From: Limisphaerales bacterium
GTDB taxonomy: Bacteria; Verrucomicrobiota; Verrucomicrobiia; Limisphaerales; JAJOIW01
DNA: 10,214 nt
Assembly: GCA_965657355.1 (NCBI GenBank)
Contig: CBFHOE010000013.1
Coordinates: forward strand, 37,072 to 47,285
Direction: 5' to 3'
Position numbers and translations under genes: made by a program. Positions 7,275 through 10,214 of the stretch are shown here, in pieces. Each line of letters starts with the position of its first letter. The first letter of the stretch is position 1. Below the pieces are notes generated by a model. That model saw only the letters and a list, made by a program, of their open reading frames with translations. It did not search any database and had not been told where the DNA came from.

Positions 7275-7982
7275 TTAATTGCCTATTTTTCTTATCAAAA
7301 TTGCACAATTCCAGGCAAAGTATTCTCTTAGTATTGGAATTTTCATGAGAAAGGCGAATTCGGTATAATACCGGGGAACAACAGCTTCAATTTTCAATCC
7401 TTCTATCCTTTTGATATCGCGAAGCGTATTTCCAATAAAAGTAGGATATAGATTTTCATAGGGATTTAATAATCTCTTCTTACCCACCAATTTATCAAAT
7501 AGCCAGGTGCCCAACTTGGGTCCAAGATAGTGAAAAGGAGAAAAATCGTGCCCCCCCCAAGGTGACAACCAATTGGTCCAGCTCAAATAACAGACTCCTC
7601 CATCGACTAAAACCCGGTCGATTTCTGATATCAATTTCTTTGGATTTTTCAAATGCTCAAGAACGTTGGAACAGACGACAAGATCATATTGGCCAAGCCT
7701 GGCTAGGTCCTCATTATCGATATCAATCTGACGGAAGTCACAATCCTGAAGCTCGTCAATCAGCCAATTGTTATAGTCAGAGAAGACCACATCACTACCT
7801 GCATCGAAGAGGGATTTCCCAAAAACTCCAGTACCACAACCCAAATCCAGAATCTTTGTCCTCTCACTAATCTCAACAGACTGATTACGCATCCAAGATA
7901 TGGCATCATCGGATTGCATCTTATAAAATAAGGCATCCGGCCCAAATTTGAGGTGATGTTTAATTAATTTATGTAGAATCAT
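7275..7982 (-). CDS. Class I SAM-dependent methyltransferase, Rv0224c/MtrP-like
   Basis: Motif I ILDLGCGTG, YDLVVCSNVLEHL and RVLVDGG support the class. SWTNWLSPWGGH..PFHYLG, PRYY and PILREYFAWN recall M. tuberculosis Rv0224c (from memory; the subfamily call is less certain than the class). Confidence 0.9.
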   Translation of the reverse strand: MILHKLIKHHLKFGPDALFYKMQSDDAISWMRNQSVEISERTKILDLGCGTGVFGKSLFDAGSDVVFSDYNNWLIDELQDCDFRQIDIDNEDLARLGQYDLVVCSNVLEHLKNPKKLISEIDRVLVDGGVCYLSWTNWLSPWGGHDFSPFHYLGPKLGTWLFDKLVGKKRLLNPYENLYPTFIGNTLRDIKRIEGLKIEAVVPRYYTEFAFLMKIPILREYFAWNCAILIRKIGN

Positions 7983-8229
7983 CTATTGCAACGTCGAGAG
8001 TATGAAATCACCAATTCCATATTTTCTCAACTGATTACCTTCCTCAGTGATCGCATCGATCAGATTTATACAAATTAAACTAAAGTTCGTTGTATTGGGT
8101 TTAAGCCGAGTAGTGATTGGAAATATATTCGCGGACCGGCACCAAAAACCTCTAATAAACAAACAGCCTAGGCGGACAACCCAGTATGATAGATTATCTC
8201 ATTAGGCTTCACCACGAACTTCCTAAAAG

Positions 8230-9681
8230 TTAAATAATGTTTTTTATTACGTGGCCATGGACATCGGTGAGGCGCCTATCAATGCCATTATGACGGATTG
8301 TTAATCTTTGATGATCAATCCCCAATAAGTGCAGAATCGTGGCATGAACATCATAGACCTGTGTAGGATTAGATCTGTCCTCCGGTTTGTAGCCCCAACG
8401 ATCACTATGTCCGGCAATACTTCCGCCTTTGAAACCTCCACCAGTTAACCAATTAGTAAATACATAGGGATTATGGTCTCTTCCCTTTGATCCCTGAGTA
8501 CTTGGCATTCTTCCAAACTCAGTTGTCCAATGTATAATAGTGTCTTCTAATAAACCTCTTTGTTTTAAATCTTTAATTAAAGCTGCGGCTCCCACCGCCA
8601 TCCCCATGGATAGCGGTCCATGATCTCTTTCGATGTCTTCGTGGCTATCCCAGTTCCTTCTTGGAAAACTATTGTCATTTCCAGACCATATTTGTACAAA
8701 TCTAACACCGCGTTCAATTAAACGACGGGCAATCAGGCATTTTCTACCAAAATATTCCACCTCTTCAGGAATATTAATTTGAGCTGGATAGTTCTTTTGA
8801 ATTTGAGACAAGCCATACATTTTTAAAACGTAATCTGGTTCAGAGGAAATATCCAAAGCTTCTGTTGCTGAGAGCTGCAGACGAGCCGCTAATTCATAAG
8901 ATTTGATGCGAGCCTCTAGTCGGTCATCCGCAGGTCGGCGTTCTGAGTAGGATCTATTTAGGTTATTAATAAGATCTATTCCTTCTTTGTGGCTCGTGTT
9001 GGTAACAAATTTGTCTTGAGGATAGAGATCGGGAATTGGGTTGGACCGTTGAGGAAATATAGTTGTGCCTTGAGTATTAGTCGGTAAAAAAGCGCTACCC
9101 CAGTTTTTTGGCCCATTTGAGGCATAACCTCGGTGATCTGGTAAGACGACAAAAGTTGGAAGGTTCTGATTTTCGCTGCCAAGTGCGTAACTGACCCACG
9201 AACCGGCACCCGGAAAACCAGGATCCTGAAAACCAGTGGCCTGAAGGTATGTCGCTTGACTATGAACACCAGTTTTCCCAACTAAATTATGGATGAAGGC
9301 AAGATCGTCCACTACTCCGCCGAGCGGAGAAACGACATCGGATAGATACTTACCAGACTGACCGTATTGAGAAAATTCAAAAGGGGATCTCATCCACGGG
9401 CCTAGTCCATTTTGGAATGCTTCTACATGCTCACCAAAATCACTGTCTTCTCCATGATGTTTGATAAGATCAGGTTTATAATCGAAAGTGTCCAAGTGAC
9501 TGGCCGCCCCACCCATGAAAAGCTGAATGACTCGTTTCGCTTTAGGTTGATGATGTAATCCATTTGAAAGAATCCCACCACCAAGTATCTTCTCAGTTCC
9601 AAGCAAGGAAGCTAGTGCAATACCGCCAAGCCCACCACCACTCTGCCATAAAAAATCTCTGCGTGAAGTCATGTTATTCAT
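8230..9681 (-). CDS. DUF1501 domain protein with twin-arginine signal
   Basis: TSRRDFL Tat motif, plus AKRVIQLFMGGAASHLDTFDYKP, CLIARRLIERGVRFVQ, WDSH, LIKDLKQRGLLEDT, TEFGRMP, GRDHNP and DVHATILHLLGID. An alternative ATG is at 9672. Confidence 0.93.
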   Translation of the reverse strand: MNNMTSRRDFLWQSGGGLGGIALASLLGTEKILGGGILSNGLHHQPKAKRVIQLFMGGAASHLDTFDYKPDLIKHHGEDSDFGEHVEAFQNGLGPWMRSPFEFSQYGQSGKYLSDVVSPLGGVVDDLAFIHNLVGKTGVHSQATYLQATGFQDPGFPGAGSWVSYALGSENQNLPTFVVLPDHRGYASNGPKNWGSAFLPTNTQGTTIFPQRSNPIPDLYPQDKFVTNTSHKEGIDLINNLNRSYSERRPADDRLEARIKSYELAARLQLSATEALDISSEPDYVLKMYGLSQIQKNYPAQINIPEEVEYFGRKCLIARRLIERGVRFVQIWSGNDNSFPRRNWDSHEDIERDHGPLSMGMAVGAAALIKDLKQRGLLEDTIIHWTTEFGRMPSTQGSKGRDHNPYVFTNWLTGGGFKGGSIAGHSDRWGYKPEDRSNPTQVYDVHATILHLLGIDHQRLTIRHNGIDRRLTDVHGHVIKNII

Positions 9682-9725
9682 GTCTGATTCGGAATGTAAA
9701 TTTTTTGGCCACTCTCTTCATCATT

Positions 9726-10214
9726 TCAATCTAGATAAGTAAATTCACTCAGGTTGAAAAGTACTCTGCAAAGATTGGGTAAACCATGTTTTTCAGCATA
9801 CTTGACCATAGCTTTGTGCTCTCGTTTGTCAGGGTCTCGGCCCGTCACCAACTGAAATCCAAATTGGATTTGTTTGCTAATGTCAGAAGTTTTTTCTTGT
9901 AGCCTTAGGGCGAACCTTTTTGACATGAACAAGGAGAATTTATTGTTAAGCAAACTGAGTGCCTGCAGGGCTGTTAATGTTTCCTCTCTTTTTGGAGTAC
10001 TCTGACTGGAATCAGCGCAATCCAATGTTGTCATAAATGGGTCAGGTTGCGAACGTACTATAAATCTATAGACAGACCGGCGGTGACTACTAGGATCTGA
10101 AGGGTCAAATTTGTAATATTCGTAGTGAGGTGAATGGTCGGTCTTCTCCAGGGCAAACAAATAAAATCCAGGGCCACCAATAGATTTGTCTAGAGCCCCG
10201 CTTACCGAAAGAAT
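9726..10214 (-). CDS. DUF1553 (PSD1) domain protein, C-terminal part; 5' end beyond the window
   Basis: The frame is open to the window end (ILSVSGALDKSIGGPGFYLF...). Motifs RRSVYRFIVRS, DPFMTTLDCAD, TALQALSLLNN and LCRVLFNLSEFTYLD are present. It lies 44 nt upstream of DUF1501, the usual arrangement. Confidence 0.92.
   Translation of the reverse strand: MLSVSGALDKSIGGPGFYLFALEKTDHSPHYEYYKFDPSDPSSHRRSVYRFIVRSQPDPFMTTLDCADSSQSTPKREETLTALQALSLLNNKFSLFMSKRFALRLQEKTSDISKQIQFGFQLVTGRDPDKREHKAMVKYAEKHGLPNLCRVLFNLSEFTYLD

Noticed and set aside
8083..8221. Possible structured RNA, SAM riboswitch or MITE upstream of the methyltransferase (AAGTTCGT/ACGAACTT, TATTGGGTT/AACCCAGTA, AGCCTA/TAGGCT)
   Set aside because: Stems of 6-9 bp are about what chance gives in roughly 250 nt, and some are mutually exclusive. 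I could not match a SAM or SAH riboswitch consensus. An Rfam/Infernal scan would settle it.
7562..9281. ORFs 7562-7870(+), 7760-7945(-) and 8976-9281(-)
   Set aside because: They overlap the methyltransferase or DUF1501 genes and have no family features.

Overview
A gene-dense, moderately AT-rich bacterial window. The DUF1553/DUF1501 pair, the 'WPxWRGP' beta-propeller and the sulfatase point to the PVC superphylum (Verrucomicrobiota or Planctomycetota; inference). The + strand carries, in order: the 3' part of a GspD-like secretin with a Q/N-rich insert, two tandem SPFH/Band-7 membrane proteins resembling a diverged and shortened HflK/HflC pair, an outer-membrane beta-barrel of the 'putative MetA-pathway of phenol degradation' type, an intact Cys-type sulfatase, and a PQQ-like/BamB-like beta-propeller. 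A bidirectional terminator separates these from the - strand genes: a SAM methyltransferase resembling the mycobacterial Rv0224c/corynebacterial MtrP family, a Tat-signal DUF1501 protein, and the C-terminal part of a DUF1553 protein. Both edge genes are cut by the window. I saw no mobile element, CRISPR array, tRNA or rRNA. The best leads are the HflK/C-like SPFH pair, the out-of-context Rv0224c-like methyltransferase (with a G8 tract and an in-frame upstream ORF), and unusually dyad-rich spacers around the barrel gene. All family calls are motif recognition from memory, not database results.
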